Below, piece after piece: positions 62,343 through 64,000 of a DNA stretch of 64,000 bases (positions are counted from its first letter, which is position 1; every line of letters starts with the position of its first letter). The DNA comes from Narcine bancroftii. Taxonomy: Eukaryota. The translations under genes and the position numbers were made by a program. The DNA lies in contig NC_091482.1 of the NCBI RefSeq assembly GCF_036971445.1, forward strand, positions 5,022,001 through 5,086,000. Direction: 5' to 3'. The notes beneath the pieces were generated by a model, which saw nothing but the letters and a program-made list of their open reading frames with translations, searched no databases and had not been told where the DNA came from.

Positions 62343-62575
62343 ATGGTTGGTGTAGCAGTTAGTGCAACTCCTTCGCAGCACAAGTGATCTGGACCATGGT
62401 TTGAATCCTAAGCTGTCTAAGAAGTTTATACGTTTTCCCCATGTCTGTGTGGGTTTTCTCTGGGGGCTCTGTTTTTTTCCCACTGTTCAAAAACTTATTG
62501 GGTGTATAGGTAAATTGGGCACCACGCACTTGTGGGCCAAAATGGCCTGTTACCATGCTGTATCTCTAAATTTAA
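62343..62575 (+). mobile_element. tRNA-derived SINE
   Basis: GGTTGGTGTAGCAGTTAGTGCAA head, GGTTTGAATCC B-box-like motif. Confidence 0.65.
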
Positions 62576-63289
62576 AAAAAATTCTTTTTCTAAATATGTC
62601 AGTACCAAACAGTAGAGTTGCCAGTTTTATTTATTGCCACCTTTTAGTTTGATACTGGTATTTGGTATCTTTTGGCATTAAATTCACTCATCAGTAAATT
62701 GATGTGCAGGGAGAAATCTGAGCTGTATTCAGGCGCAGCATGAATGAGCAATTAATCAGCATGAATGAACACTTACTTGAGGAGAGATAATTTCATGAGA
62801 AAAAAAATTTAAATTATTCTGGGAAAATGTTGTGCAATAGTCAAAGAATAATTTTTAATTTGGTTTGGTTTATCATTTACAGATCTGACTTTTTTCTTGG
62901 AATTTTGATACTCTGTGAGTTTGTGTATTGATGAAAAGTTAACAATAAAATATTGATCTCTTAGGAGAAAAATACCAGTGGTCCTCGTATTGGGAAATTT
63001 GTTTTCACAGCATTTAACTTTTGAATAGATAAAAGAGACATTTCACATTTGAAGAGCAAAATCTCTTAATTGATGTTATTTCATACATTAGAATTTAGCT
63101 GTTATGACTTGGCATGTTACTGATTTTTTTTTTCCTCCCCATATAAAATCGAGGAATGCAAATTTTGATCATCAGGTATTTGGTAATGTGATTATTTTGG
63201 TATTTGTCTTTTGTCTCAAGGACAAAGGAGGCAATTTATTCTTGGAATCGAGGAAGTGGGTGAGGTACGAAATAAATGCTCCACGTCAA

Positions 63290-63930
63290 TATCTACCAAG
63301 GAGAAGGGCATGGAGGGATCATGATAATCTGGAAAATGTTAACACATTGAGTCATTTTGAGACCGAGAAAGAGAGGGTCCTGTTTGAAGATCATTAAGGA
63401 GATTAAGTCCAAGAGCCTATTGGAATATATCCCAGGTATAGAAAGAGGCAACAGGTGAGGTATCTGAAGACTTGAGTGTTGTACCTTTGTTCAAGAAAGG
63501 AAATGGAGTTAATCTAGGAAATTATAGGCTAGTGAGCCTTGAATCCAGTGTATAGTCATTTGAGACGCTACCTGGGGCAGGATGTTTGCACATTTGGGAA
63601 GTTGTGATCAGATTAGGAATAGCCATCATTGTGAGGGGCAGGTCATGTCTTATCACTTTGACAAAGGTGGTTGATAAGGGTAGGGGTGTGGATGTTATCC
63701 ATATGGATTTTTGTAAGGCTGATGGAGAAGGTATGGATGGACTGGATCCATGGTGAATTGATAGTTTAGATTCTGAATTGGCTGGCCAATTTAAGATAGA
63801 AAGAAGATGGTGGTGGAGGAAGGGTGAAATTCTGGCTGGAGGCCTGTGAACAGTTGTGTTCCACCGGGATCAGTGTTGGGACCTCTGTGATTTATATAAA
63901 TGACTTGGCTGAAAAAGTTGGTTGGTGTGG
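63290..63930 (+). mobile_element. Degenerate CR1-like RT fragment
   Basis: VVPLFKKG...GNYRLVSL, VDVIHMDFCKA and VPPGSVLGPL motifs across broken frames. Confidence 0.7.
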
Positions 63931-64000
63931 TGGAACTAGGGAGTTTGTAGAGGGCTAACCAATAATACAAAAGGATATAAAGATACAGATATAGGTAGAC

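Noticed and set aside
62830-62848. GTGCAATAGTCAAAG resembling mature miR-301 in SKA2 intron 1
   Set aside because: It lacks five internal bases and the intact seed start, and has no complementary 5p arm. No miR-301 or miR-454 hairpin was found in the window; they may lie beyond 64000.

Overview
Vertebrate nuclear DNA. The repeat landscape (Penelope-like, CR1, RTE, L1, tRNA-SINEs) suggests a cartilaginous fish; this is inference. The window holds the block GDPD1 (-, exon 1 only), SMG8 (-, complete, 4 coding exons, 915 aa), PRR11 (-, complete, 9 coding exons plus a non-coding exon 1, 383 aa) and SKA2 (+, exon 1). This is the same order as human 17q22, with a CCAAT-rich bidirectional PRR11/SKA2 promoter. 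SMG8 and PRR11 exons were assembled by hand from GT-AG sites with consistent phases. The introns are dense in transposon remnants. The most notable observations are: (1) a 15-copy 47-bp tandem array in SKA2 intron 1 whose minus-strand unit is a Penelope-type minimal hammerhead ribozyme motif; (2) a TSD-flanked, T-tailed, internally deleted 7SL RNA retrocopy (possible SINE1 family); (3) a degenerate duplicate of the PRR11 last exon; (4) a second CpG promoter and candidate alternative first exon of SKA2; (5) two near-perfect local inverted duplications. No computation or database search was run, so repeat family calls rest on recognised motifs.
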